From Nemertoderma westbladi (taxonomy: Eukaryota > Animalia > Xenacoelomorpha): a stretch of DNA of 64,000 bases. How positions within the stretch are numbered: the stretch's first letter is position 1; every line of letters starts with the position of its first letter. Under the pieces are notes generated by a model that saw only the letters and a list, made by a program, of their open reading frames with translations, was not told the DNA's origin and searched no databases. Where the stretch lies: assembly GCA_032718475.1 (NCBI GenBank), contig JAUCBJ010000629.1, positions 34,550 through 98,549 of the forward strand, given 5' to 3'. Made by a program: the position numbers and the translations under genes. Below, piece after piece: positions 13,241-26,124 of this stretch.

Positions 13241-13579
13241 TAAAATTGTGCGACTGTATCACAAAATCAGGTCATGAGAGATTAACCCACACCACCAATT
13301 AATCAAAGAAAGGGGGACAGTACGTGTTCACCCCTTTTAATCTGCACCCCCCCCCCCCCCTCCCCCCACCCACCAATACATAACCGCGACATCTACCACC
13401 CACGGAAGGGTAGCACGAACTTATTTCCAAACGCACGTTCAATATGCAAAGCCAGGTGGTTTATAGGAATATAATCAATGCAGTACTCGTCTTCATTATA
13501 AGCCTCTTTGCGTTCGACCTGTTTTGTATTAAAATATATTTATTAAACGCAGGCTGACGCTCTTTATAATAATAATACC

Positions 13580-13926
13580 TAGGGATGCCAGCTTCCAGAC
13601 TTTCAATCTTTACTGCCGCGCAAACCCCGCAGAGGAAGTTTTGGTTTGAGAGATCAAGCCCATCGGCAATTGGTGTTTCAATTTCGGTCCAGGAACTCTG
13701 ACAATGGGAGCATTCAATCTTAGCTGTGGTCCATTCCCGTGGTTTCGGCTTCCATTTCTTCGTCCCAATACCCAATGACAGATTCTTCTGAAGACGTTCG
13801 ATTCGCTTTCAGTTTATTGTTGGCGTTTGTGTTTTGAAGTTGTATTTGAGTGGACAGTCGCGCCGGTTTCGAGGTAACCATACCGACCAGTGATAAGCGT
13901 TGGTTTTGTTGAGTGCCGGTATTCAT
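13580..13926 (-). mobile_element. Probable 5' end (ORF1 N-terminus) of a CR1-type LINE, frameshifted
   Basis: IECSHCQSSW...QNFLCGVCAAVKIESLEA: CxxC...CxxC followed by the start of a coiled coil, as in CR1-type ORF1. Needs a frameshift near 13720 to join the upstream Met. Confidence 0.45.
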
Positions 13927-16326
13927 CTTCTCTCACCTCTTCAATGTCAGATGTTGCAAATACTGATAACACGAATAACGGTATATATTTCAATACTTGT
14001 CAATAGTAATATATATAATTTAGATAACTATTTTATATCTGTACTGTTGAGCAAACTCTACATAAATTCCAACCTGTGTATCGCCGGTAGTGTTGTTGCT
14101 GTGCAAGTGCTGAAGTGCTAGTTGCCACCGGTCAGCCGGTACCGGTAGTAGGGTGGTACCTACGGTGCGCACTACAACGGCAGTACAGCAATACGGTGTA
14201 CCGTGCCAATGACTGAATGATTAGCGGTAACTATCTAAACTATTATATTATTATTACCGGTGCCGGTACTGGGCTAATTAGGCCTAAACTATAATCACCG
14301 CAAGGGTTGCCAGGGCCATGTTTAATTAGATTACATGATATGGCATGTCTGCAGTGTATGGTACCGGCTGACCAGTATTGCAGTATTGACTGATTGCAGG
14401 ATTCTCGATTCAGGGATTGAGTACAGCCTGACAGTACCGGTACACATGGTACATGCAGATTGGCAGACAGCCCCAATGTATTGCAAAATTTGTCAGAAAC
14501 CCAGCTGATTTATCCTACAGTAATAATAATTTAACGCATTTTAAATTTGGATAAATAAATTTATTATAACTGCAATAACAGTTACACTGATGCTGCATGA
14601 AGGCCCCACCAAATTCTACTTGGAAAATTTTCAAACTTTTGCCAAACAACATGTGTACCAAGTTTGGATAGATTTCATCAAGGATTGGCCGAGTTATTAA
14701 CGTTTAAAATAAAATACTGAAAAAAAAACGCGACAGAACGACACGTTGATTAATGGTACCCCTACGCTAAGGCTCACTCACTTCGTGGCTCGCCCCACAT
14801 TGGCGTTTCGCGTTTGGATTGACAGTCACCGACAGGGTATAAACCAAAGCAGTTAACACACTGTAGATCAGAGCATACGATAGTACTGTAGCACGTGCTG
14901 AGGGTGTTTTAGCCAAAAAAGTAGCACAATTTTTATATAAATGGGCTGGAGCATGACAAGCAGGTCACTTTTTGGACACTGACTCTCTCACAGGAAGTCT
15001 GTCTGTCTCCTTGAAAATTGCCATATTTTGGCTAATGTTGTAAATATATAACTTTTTATTAGTACTAAATAGAAAATGCAACAGAAGAATGAAGATAGGG
15101 TGTGCATTGAAATCAAATTTGGCATCGCACTCTTACTGTGGTATTTTGGGTTTTGTTTATTAGGGGCAGCGGGATGACTAGTTCGGAATGACCTCAATTT
15201 GGCGCGTGGTGAAAAGTATATGTTTGATTGATCTTCAGTGCGAATATATTTTATAACAATATATCAGGTATCAGAATACAGCAAAATTGGGTTTCGGCGG
15301 TTATACAAAAGAAAAGAAAAAATAGATACACAATAGCAATATCTCAATTAGTATTGTACAAAGTGTGGTAGATCGTGCAACATTTGAAAGCACTGCATGC
15401 TGGCACCTTTTGAACCAAAATGTCAAGGTTTCTGTGAGCGAGCCATACTAAATAGGTGATATTGTTTGCTGTAAAATAAGTTGATAATATATATTATGTT
15501 ATAGTAATATTGGCTAGATATGTAAAATGGGATGTCGAAGTGCACACATGGATAAATCATGTGACACTTGCTGCTACTGCTGCTACACTTTTATTAACAG
15601 CATGCCTTAGCATTACATTAAGTGTGAAATTGTGAGGTGCACCACATGACTTACCATTGGAACGCATGAGTTATAATTTTGCAAACAACTCAGACAATTG
15701 ATGTGGAAAATGGGCCGTAGGCCCAGTTTACAGATATTACACTACATGGTGACAGTACAGCAAGAACGCGGTTCCAGTGTTGCGAGAATGCGCAGTGATA
15801 GCGCTCAACAAAGTTTGCTCAAAATGAGAGGCAAACCACAGCACTATCATGCGAAGTGTATCTGTGAACCAGGCTATAGGGTTCAGGGAAATTGATTAGT
15901 CAATAAGTGATCTCCAAGTGAGTGGTAGGTGTTTTTATCACTTGGAGAAAGGGAATATATAGTCTTGTGGGGTAAACATGGTACTGTAGATGCCTCACCA
16001 TGGCACCTACACTTGTCATTATTCACTTTGCAACTGGACACGAACAATACCCAGCTGTCATACTTAACACAGTAGAGTCATCTTTCAATAATTTGAGTCT
16101 CTTGACTAGTCGTAACACTTATTGCAAATTTGGAAAGTATAGTATTACTGCTTGAACTTCCCCTTTTTTGTGTTGCTCTATTTCGATAAGCCAGTACTTG
16201 AGACTAGCTCACACACAGTAGGAAACTGTGGTTGCCTAGTGACCATCTATTTGCCAAATGCTTAGGCGCTAATGGATAAATTGTCCACAATAAGGAAAAA
16301 ATTGCATTCCCCCTAATTTCAATGTA

Positions 16327-16347
16327 TCTATATATATAAATATCATG

Positions 16348-16382
<35 letters not shown>

Positions 16383-17967
16383 TTGTCTGTCCAAGCTATA
16401 CGTTTCTACACACAAGCACCAATCTGAGCTCGCGATACATCGAACGAAAGCTCTCGTCACGAGCACGTGCACTGTCGCTATCTCGAGTCTTATTTTACGC
16501 GTTTGTTTGCGTGAATGCAGATTTCGTGAATTTGGTACCGGTAGCGCAGTAGGCCTAGCAGTTCATTCTGTCACTCTACATGTTGAGTCTCGACTATTAT
16601 GCTACTTTTTGATGCGCATCTACGTGATGCAGACTGCCCCGAGTACATGGACGCGAAACGTCGTTATATCGAGGCGAATTTTATGCATCATTTATGCGTG
16701 AATGCGTATTTGTGGTCAAATTGGGCTATTATTCCATAACCATTTTCAGCCAAATTTGTCAACCAGCAGGAAACTCTATAACAGCGGTTGCACCATCAGA
16801 CTCAATCTGTTCTAAATGATACTTTGCAGATACGTTCCTGACCATAGACTTTGTGTTTGGGAAGACACTGATCAATCTGGAGTTCTCCAGTCTGCCGCTA
16901 GGGGGCGAAATGTCAGAAACTGAAAACCTTCTCCCATTTCGTTATTATTAATGCCTTTTAGCTGATACGTGGCAGAGGTCTACTACACCATAGGCTGTGT
17001 GTTTTCGGAGGATGCTGACCAATCTGCAATTCCCCAGTCTGCCGCTAGGGGGAGAAATATCTGAAAGTGAAAACCTTATCCCATTTCGTTGTTTATAATG
17101 CTTTTTTGCTGATACTTGGCAGAAGTCGACTACACCATAGACTGCGTGTTTGTAGAGAACTCTGAATAATCTGCAATTCCCCAGTCTGCCGCTAGGGGGA
17201 GAAATATCTGAAAGTGAAAACCTTATCCCATTTCTTTGTTTATAATGCTTTTTTGCTGATACTTGGCAGAGGTCTACTACACCATACAGCGTGTTTGGGG
17301 AGGAGCTAGAATCAGTCTGCATTTCTCCAGTCTACCGCTAGGGGGCCAAATGTCTGAAAGTGAAAACCTTATCCCATTTCGTTATTAATAATGCTTTTAG
17401 GCTGACACTTGGCAGATGTGTATTACACCATATGGTGTGTGTCTGTGGAGGACGCCCAACTACCTGCAGTTCTCAATTCGGCCGCTAGGGGGCGAAATAT
17501 CTGAAAGTGAAAACCTTATCCCATTTCGTTGTTTATAATGCTTTTAGGCTGATACTTGGCAGAGGTCTACTACACCATAGACTGCGTTTTTGTGGATAAC
17601 TCTGACCAATCTGTAATTCCTCAGTCTGCCGCTAGAGGGTGAAATCTCTGAAATGAAAACCTTCTCCCATTTCGTTGTTTCTAATGCTTTTTTTTATACT
17701 TGGGAAACGTATACTACACCATAGGCTGTGTGTTTGGGGCGGATGCTAACCAGTCTGCAGTTCTCCAGTATACTGGTAGAGGGTGCGAAATGTCTGAAAA
17801 GTGAAAACATTCTCACATTTAGTTATTAAAAATGCTTTTAGGCTTTGTTTGAGAGAACACTCAACCATGTGACGTTAAGTCAAGTTAATTAATTAATCTA
17901 ATGTTTGGAATGGTGAATAGGCTTGTGAACTAGAAAGACGTGGCCCGAAGGGCCACGGGCTTTCTAG
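16327..17967 (+). mobile_element. Non-autonomous Helitron, family A, with ~147-bp internal tandem repeats
   Basis: A|TCTATATATATAAATATC 5' end followed by a (GTCT)n microsatellite; 3' hairpin GTGGCCC-GAA-GGGCCAC then CTAG|T; about 7 internal repeats. Confidence 0.85.
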
Positions 17968-17969
17968 TA

Positions 17970-20162
17970 TCTAATATATATAAATATCGATTGTCTGTCA
18001 GTCAGTCAGTCTGTCTGTGTGTTTGTCATCGGCTATACAATCGAACCCATCTCGATGAAATCTCGCTTGCTATAGCTCGTTAGAAAGGTCTCGCCCTAAC
18101 TCGTTGCAACGTAATACTCAGAGTCGTCTGAAGTTCGCCCGTCTGCCGCTAGAGGGCGATTTTCGTGATTTTCGGGCGAAATTTATCGAATTATTTCGGT
18201 TCTTCTATCGGTAATTAATGATTTAGAGGGCTAACATTTATCCCACCTGGTATAAAATTAACATGGGTAGATTCGCCGTGTCCCATTCTCACAAAGTATT
18301 TATTTTATTCGAGTGTTTAATATAAATATGTATGATTATTTATTGATTAAAAAACAAATAGTGTATAAATATGTCATATTCGCCAAGCACGATCGAATTG
18401 GCCTATTGTTATTGAATAGGGAAGGATTGTTTTCTGTAGCAACCTTAAGGTAATTATTGAACTCGCAGCTAGCTGGCTGGGCACAGATAAGGAGCAAGCA
18501 GGCTGGAGTGTTGATTGGGGTGGGTTTGGGTTGTAGTAATTCTGCTTTCTCAATCATTGGCTGCATGGAAGGAGAGGTTTATAACATTTTTGTTTTACTG
18601 TTATGAATATTAAAAGTAAAAATAATTATTTCTATAGGCCTATACTTACTGTATTATTATGTTATCTAATATTATACATCTAATCTCGATGAAATCTCGC
18701 TTACTATAGCTCGTTAGATAGGTCTCGCCCTAACTCGTTGCAACGTAATACTCAGAGCCGTCTGAAGTTCCCCCGTCTGCCGCTAGAGGGCGAATTATCC
18801 GATAGTGAAAACCTGATCTTATTGGGTTGTTTTTAATGCTTTTGAGCTGAAACTTGGTAGCTATATACTGCAGCATAGGCTGTATATTTCCGGAGTCACT
18901 GGGTGGTCTACAGTTCCCCAGTCTACCGTTAGAGTGCTAAATGTCTGAGAGATAACATCTTCTCCAACTTTATTATTTACAATCCGTTTTGACTGAAACT
19001 TGGTAGGCATCTACTACAGCATAGGCTGAATCTTTACTGAGTCGCAGAGTCGTCTACAATTTCCCAGTCTACCGCTAGAGGGCGAAATGTCTGCAAGTTA
19101 ACATCTTCTCCAACTTTGTTATTTATAATCCATTTAGACTGAACTTGGTAGGCATCTACTACAGCATAGGCTATATCTTTACTGAGTCGCGCAGAGTTGT
19201 CTACAGTACCCGCGTCTGCCGCTAGAGGGCGAAATGTATGAAAGTTAACATCTTCTCCAACTTTGTTATTTACAATCCTTTTAGACTGAAACTTGGTAGG
19301 CATCTACTATAGCATAGGCTATATCTTTGCGGAGTAGTAGAGTCGTCTACAGTTCCACAGTCAGACGCAAGAGGGCGAATTGTCTGATAGTGAAAACCTC
19401 ATCCCATTTGGTTCTTTTTAATCCTTTTGAGCTGAAACTTGGCAGGTATCTACTACATCCTAGGCTCTATCTTTACGGAGTTGCAGAGTCCTATACACTT
19501 CCCCAGTCTACCGCTAGAGGGTGAAATGTCTGAAAATTAACATCTTCTCCAACTTTGTTATTTACAAACGGTTTAGACTGAAACTTGGTAGGCATCTACT
19601 ACAGCATAGGCTCTACCTTTACGGAGTCGCAGAGTTGTATACAGTTCCCCTATCTGCCGCTAGAGGGCGAATTGTCTGATAGTGAACACCTCATCCCAAT
19701 TGGTTCTCTTTAATCCCTTTGAGCTGAAACTTGGCAGGAATCTACTGCAGCATATTCTGTATCTTTACGGAGTCCCAGAGTCGTCTACAGTTCTTCAGTC
19801 TACCGCTAGAAGTCTGAATGTGAACATCTACACCAATTTTGTTATTTACAATCTGTTTAAGCTGAAACTTGAAAGGCAGGCATTTTACTTCACCATAAAC
19901 CCCACCTTTACCAAACTGCAGCGCCGTCTGCATTTCACCAGTCCGCAGGTAGAGGGTGGATCTGAAAGTGATCATTTTCTGGAAATTTTGTTATTTACAA
20001 TCTGACTAAAGTTGAAACTTGACAGTTATCTCTTATGGGGGTGGTGTTTTATTTAATGATGGTGTCTGTTCCGTATGCAGTTCTCCAATCTCCCACACAT
20101 ATTCATATATCATCTGCACGTGCACTAGAAAGCTGTGGCCCGAAGGGCCACAGGCTTTCTAG
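17970..20162 (+). mobile_element. Non-autonomous Helitron, family B, copy 1
   Basis: A|TCTAATATATATAAATATCG 5' end, (GTCT/GTCA)n, internal ~146-bp repeat array, 3' hairpin and CTAG. Confidence 0.88.
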
Positions 20163-22812
20163 TCTAATATATATAAATATCGATTGTCTGTCTGTCTGTG
20201 TGTTTGTCATCGGCTATACAATCGAACCCATCTCGATGAAATCTCGCTTGCTATAGCTCGTTAGAAAGGTCTCGCTCTAACTCGTTGCAACGTAATACTC
20301 AGAGTCGTCTGAAGTTCACCCGTCTGCCGCTAGAGGGCGATTTTCGTGATTTTCGGGCGAAATTTATCGAATTATTTCGGTTCGTCTATCGGTAATTAAT
20401 GATTTAGAGGGCTAACATTTATCCCACCTGGTATAAAATTAACATGGGTAGATTCGCCGTGTCCCATTCTCACAAAGTTTTTATTTTATTCGAGTGTTTA
20501 ATATAAATATGTATGATTATTTATTGATTAAAAATCAAATAGTGTATAAATATGTCATATTCGCCAAGCACGATCGAATTGGCCTATTGGTATTGAATAG
20601 GGAAGGATTGTTTTCTGTATCATAGCAACGTTAAGGTAATTAATGAACTCGCAGCTAGCTGGCTGGGCACAGATAAGGAGCAAGCAGGCTGGAGTGTTGA
20701 TTGGGGTGGGTTTGGGTTATCTGTTGCGAATTGCTCAGAGTAATTCTGCTTTCTCAATCATTGGCTGCATGGAAGGAGAGGTTTATAACATTTTTGTTTT
20801 ACTGTTATGAATATTAAAAGTAAAATAATTATTTCTGTAGGCCTATACTTACTGTATTATTATTTTATCTAATATTATACATCTAATCTCGATGAAATCT
20901 CGCTTACTATAGCTCGTTAGATGGGTCTCGCCCTAACTCATTGCAACGTAATACTCAGAGCCGTCTGAAGTTCCACCGTCTGCCGCTAGAGGGCGAATTA
21001 TCCGATAGTGAAAACCTGATCTTATAGGGTTGTTTTTAATGCTTTTGAGCTGAAACGTGGTAGCTATATACTGCAGCATAGGCTGTATATTTCCGGAGTC
21101 ACTGGGTTGTCTACAGTTCCCCTGTCTACCGTTAGAGGGCTAAATGTCTGAGAGTTAACATCTTCTCCAACTTTATTATTTACTATCCGTTTTGACTGAA
21201 ACTTGGTAGGCATCTACTACAGCATAGGCTGAATCTTTACTGAGTCGCAGAGTCGTCTACAATTTCCCAGTCTACCGCTAGAGGGCGAAATGTCTGCAAG
21301 TTAACATCTTCTCCAACTTTGTTATTTATAATCCATTTAGACTGAACTTGGTAGGCATCTACTACAGCATAGGCTATATCTTTACTGAGTCGCGCAGAGT
21401 TGTCTACAGTACCCGCGTCTGCCGCTAGAGGGCGAAATGTATGAAAGTTAACATCTTCTCCAACTTATTTATTTACAAACCTTTTAGACTGAAACTTGGT
21501 AGGCATCTACTATAGCATAGGCTATATCTTTGCGGAGTAGTAGAGTCGTCTACAGTTTCACAGTCAGCCGCAAGAGGGCGAATTGTCTGATAGTGAAAAC
21601 CTCATCCCATTTGGTTTTTTTTAATCCTTTTGAGCTGAAACTTGGCAGGTATCTACTACATCCTAGGCTCTATCTTTACGGAGTTGCAGAGTCCTATACA
21701 CTTCCCCAGTCTACCGCTAGAGGGTGAAATGTCTGAAAGTTACCATCTTCTCCAACTTTGTTATTTATAATCCATTTAGACTGAACTTGGTAGGCATCTA
21801 CTACAGCATAGGCTATATCTTTACTGAGTCGCGCAGATTTGTCTACATTACCCGCGTCTGCCGCTAGAGGGCGAAATGTATGAAAGTTAACATCTCCTCC
21901 AACTTTGTTATTTACAATCCTTTTAGACTGAAACATGGTAGACATCTACTATAGCATAGGCTATATCTTTGTGGAGTAGTAGAGTCGTCTACAGTTCCAC
22001 AGTCAGCCGCTAGAGGGGGAATTGTCTGATAGTGAAAAACTCATCCCACTTGGTTCTTTTTAATCATTTTGAGCTGAAACTTGGCAGGTATCTACTACAT
22101 CATAGGCTGTATCTTTACGGAGTTGCAGAGTCCTATACACTTCCCCAGTCTACCGCTAGAGGGTGAAATGTCTGAAAGTTAACATCTTCTCCAACTTTGT
22201 TATTTACTAACGGTTTAGACTGAAACTTGGTAGGCATCTACTACAACATAGGCTGTACCTTTACGGATTCGCAGAGTTGTATACAGTCCCCCCATTTGAC
22301 GCTAGAGGGCGAAATATCTGATAGTGAACACCTCATCCCATTTGGTTCTTTTTAATCCTATTGAGCTGGAACTTGGCAGGAATCTACTACAGCATATTCT
22401 GTATCTTTACGGAGTCCTAGAGTCGTCTACAGTTCTTCAGTCTACCGCTAGAGGGCGAAATGTTTGAATATGAACATCTACACCAATTTTGTTATTTACA
22501 ATCTGTTTAAGCTGAAACTTGAAAGGCAGGCATTTTACTTCACCATAAACCCCATCTTTACCAAACTGCAGCGCCGTCTGCATTTCACCAGTCCGCAGGT
22601 AGAGGGTGGATCTGAAAGTGATCATTTTCTGGAAATTTTGTTATTTACAATCTGCCTAAAGTTGAAACTTGACAGTTATCTCTTATGGGGGTGGTGTTTT
22701 ATTTAATGATGGTGTCTGTTCCGTATGCAGTTCTCAAATCTCCCACACATATTCATATATCATCTGCACGTGCACTAGAAAGCTGTGGCCCGAAGGGCCA
22801 CAGGCTTTCTAG
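20163..22812 (+). mobile_element. Non-autonomous Helitron, family B, copy 2 (joined head-to-tail to copy 1)
   Basis: Junction CTTTCTAG|TCTAATAT with no spacer; highly similar to copy 1 but with more internal repeats. Confidence 0.88.
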
Positions 22813-24818
22813 TGAATATTAAAAGTAAAATAATTATTTCTGTAGGCCTATACTTACTGTATTATTATTTTATCTAATATTATAAATCTAATCTCGATGA
22901 AATCTCGCTTACTATAGCTCGTTAGATAGGTCTCGCCCTAACTCGTTGCAACGTAATACTCAGAGCCGTCTGAAGTTCCACCGTCTGCCGCTAGAGGGCG
23001 AATTATCCGATAGTGAAAACCTGATCTTATAGGGTTGTTTTTAATGCTTTTGAGCTGAAACATGGTAGCTATATACTGCAGCATAGGCTGAATCTTTACT
23101 GAGTCGCAGAGTTGTCTACAATTTCCCAGTCTACCGCTAGAGGGCGAAATGTCTGCAAGTTAACATCTTCTCCAACTTTGTTATTTTTAATGCTTTTGAG
23201 CTGAAACTTGGTAGCTATATACTGCAGCATAGGCTGTATATTTCCGGAGTCACTGATTTGTCTACAGTTACCCAGTCTACCGTTAGAGGGCTAAATGTCT
23301 GAGAGTTAACATCTTCCCCAACTTTATTATTTACAATCCGTTTTGACTGAAACTTGGTAGGCATCTACTACAGCATAGGCTGTATCTTTACTGAGTCGCG
23401 CAGAGTTGTCTACAGTACCCGCGTCTGCCGCTAGAAGGCGAAATGTATGAAAGTTAACATCTTCTCCAACTTTGTTATTTACAATCCTTTTAGAATGAAA
23501 CTTGGTAGGCATCTACTATAGCATAGGCTATATCTTTGCAGAGTAGTAGAGTCGTCTACAGTTCCACAGTCAGCCGCAAGAGGGCGAATTGTCTGATAGT
23601 GAAAACCTCATCCCATTTGGTTCTTTTTAATCCTTTTGAGCTGAAACTTGGCAGGTATCTACTACATCCTAGGCTCTATCTTTACGGAGTTGCAGAGTCC
23701 TATACACTTCCCCAGTCTACCGCTAGAGGGTGAAATGTCTGAAAGTTACCATCTTCTCCAACTTTGTTATTTATAATCCATTTAGACTGAACTTGGTAGG
23801 CATCTACTACAGCATAGGCTATATCTTTACTGAGTCGCGCAGAGTTGTCTACATTACCCGCGTCTGCCGCTAGAGGGCGAAATGTATGAAAGTTAACATC
23901 TCCTCCAACTTTGTTATTTACAATCCTTTTAGACTGAAACTTGGTAGACATCTACTATAGCATAGGCTATATCTTTGTGGAGTAGTAGAGTCGTCTACAA
24001 TTCCACAGTCAGCCGCTAGAGGGGGAATTGTCTGATAGTGAAAACCTCATCCCATTTGGTTCTTTTTAATCATTTTGAGCTGAAACTTGGCAGGTATCTA
24101 CTACATCATAGGCTGTATCTTTACGAAGTTGCAGAGTCCTATACACTTCCCCAGTCTACCGCTAGAGGGTGAAATGTCTGAAAGTTAACATCTTCTCCAA
24201 CTTTGTTATTTACTAACGGTTTAGACTGAAACTTGGTAGGCATCTAATACAACATAGGCTGTACCTTTACGGATTCGCAGAGTTGTATACAGTCCCCCCA
24301 TTTGACGCTAGAGGGCGAAATATCTGATAGTGAACACCTCATCCCATTTGGTTCTTTTTAATCCTATTGAGCTGGAACTTGGCAGGAATCTACTACAGCA
24401 TATTCTGTATCTTTACGGAGTCCTAGAGTCGTCTACAGTTCTTCAGTCTACCGCTAGAGGGTGAAATGTTTGAATATGAACATCTACACCAATTTTGTTA
24501 TTTACAATCTGTTTAAGCTGAAACTTGAAAGGCAGGCATTTTACTTCACCATAAACCCCATCTTTACCAAACTGCAGCGCCGTCTGCATTTCACCAGTCC
24601 GCAGGTAGAGGGTGGATCTGAAAGTGATCATTTTCTGGAAATTTTGTTATTTACAATCTGCCTAAAGTTGAAACTTGACAGTTATCTCTTATGGGGGTGG
24701 TGTTTTATTTAATGATGGTGTCTGTTCCGTATGCAGTTCTCAAATCTCCCACACATATTCATATATCATCTGCACGTGCACTAGAAAGCTGTGGCCCGAA
24801 GGGCCACAGGCTTTCTAG
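22813..24818 (+). mobile_element. Non-autonomous Helitron, family B, copy 3 (missing first ~645 bp)
   Basis: Starts at internal sequence TGAATATTAAAAGT (compare ~20808) and ends with the same hairpin and CTAG|T. Confidence 0.85.
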
Positions 24819-26124
24819 TTTAAAAGAAATTAATAAAACTGCTTAATTTCGATGTGCTGACTGCAGTTATAGACGGTTTTAGTTAATAATAACGGTTTCA
24901 CTTAAAAATAGGCAGCCCCTTAAATTACATTAGTTAATTTTCTGTAAATTTTGTTGAAGAAAATCGTTGCTCAGTAATCTTTATCGTTCAACAATATATC
25001 TGTCATTATAGGTTTCATTTGAACTATATAATGCCCAGTTACCTATTCTGAATGTTATGAGTTATAATTTTGTTTGAGCGAAAAATAATAGAATACGGTA
25101 CATATGTACGTTTCTATTGAAACTATATTTTCAGTGATTTGTTATAAAGTGTTAAGCCTATAGATTGGAACAATAGCAGTCCCAGAAACAATTCCGCCCG
25201 AACCTTCTTGTAGATCCAAAGTGAGTTGAGCAACTTTACAAAGGGTAGTTCTAGCCTCCACGTCTGGCCATGGACTTCTAGAATATTAATTTATACCAGG
25301 ACTGGAAACTGTTTATTCGGAAATACCAGTTGAGGCCTACTTTCTGATTTTTGCTAGCATTATTTATTTTAGGAATCATCATATCTAAACCGCTACCGTT
25401 TGAGCTTTTCTGAACGGATTTTAATAATTTATGTTGCATTAGATGCGCAGATTTCTCAGCTTTACTTATGTAGGCCTATGTATATAAAATAATCCTTACA
25501 TTTGTTAATAATAATAATCAATTTGTATAGCGCCAAATTAACATTAGAATACTCTAAGGCGCTGAAACAACGTGGCACGTTATTTTAACCAAAACAATAA
25601 ACTATGCACAATAGAACAGGTTACAGTTTTATTTTTGAGAATAATCAGCTGTTATTTGCGTTTAATTTCCCCTGTAGAGGGATTAATTTTTTATTGCGTC
25701 CAGTTCCCCCCCTGGAAACAACAGTATCGTCCACATAACGTAGCAAAGCAACTTAGAATAAAATAAACTACTGTATATCTAAAATTGGGTAAAACAGTTT
25801 CAAAATTGTGTTAAAATATTAAAATATTCGGTTCAGTTAAAACAAACTCTGGTCTGTACGTAGGAATAAGATATGATATAATAAGTCATGCTCTAGGATG
25901 TAGGAGTAAGTTATCCCAAAATGCAAAAATGTTAGGAAGATATTTTACCGTATGCGTATCCAAAAAGTGTGTACGACCAAAGAGGATACTGTCACCATTC
26001 TGTGTTGTTTCTACCCCCCCCCCCCCCCCCCCCCCCCACTCCAGCCCAAATAATTTCTGCGCTAGCTGTGGCTTTGTCGTGTTAAGTCTGAATAAACCAT
26101 GGCGTGTCGTTTTATTACCTAATA

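Noticed and set aside
15400-16100. Decayed transposase-like coding sequence (ITLHGDST...)
   Set aside because: Too degraded to support a family call by eye.
16948-24712. Recurrent 60-120-aa ORFs in the Helitron cluster (also 46920-47237)
   Set aside because: They recur only because the DNA is repeated; there are no Rep/helicase motifs and frames are not preserved between units.
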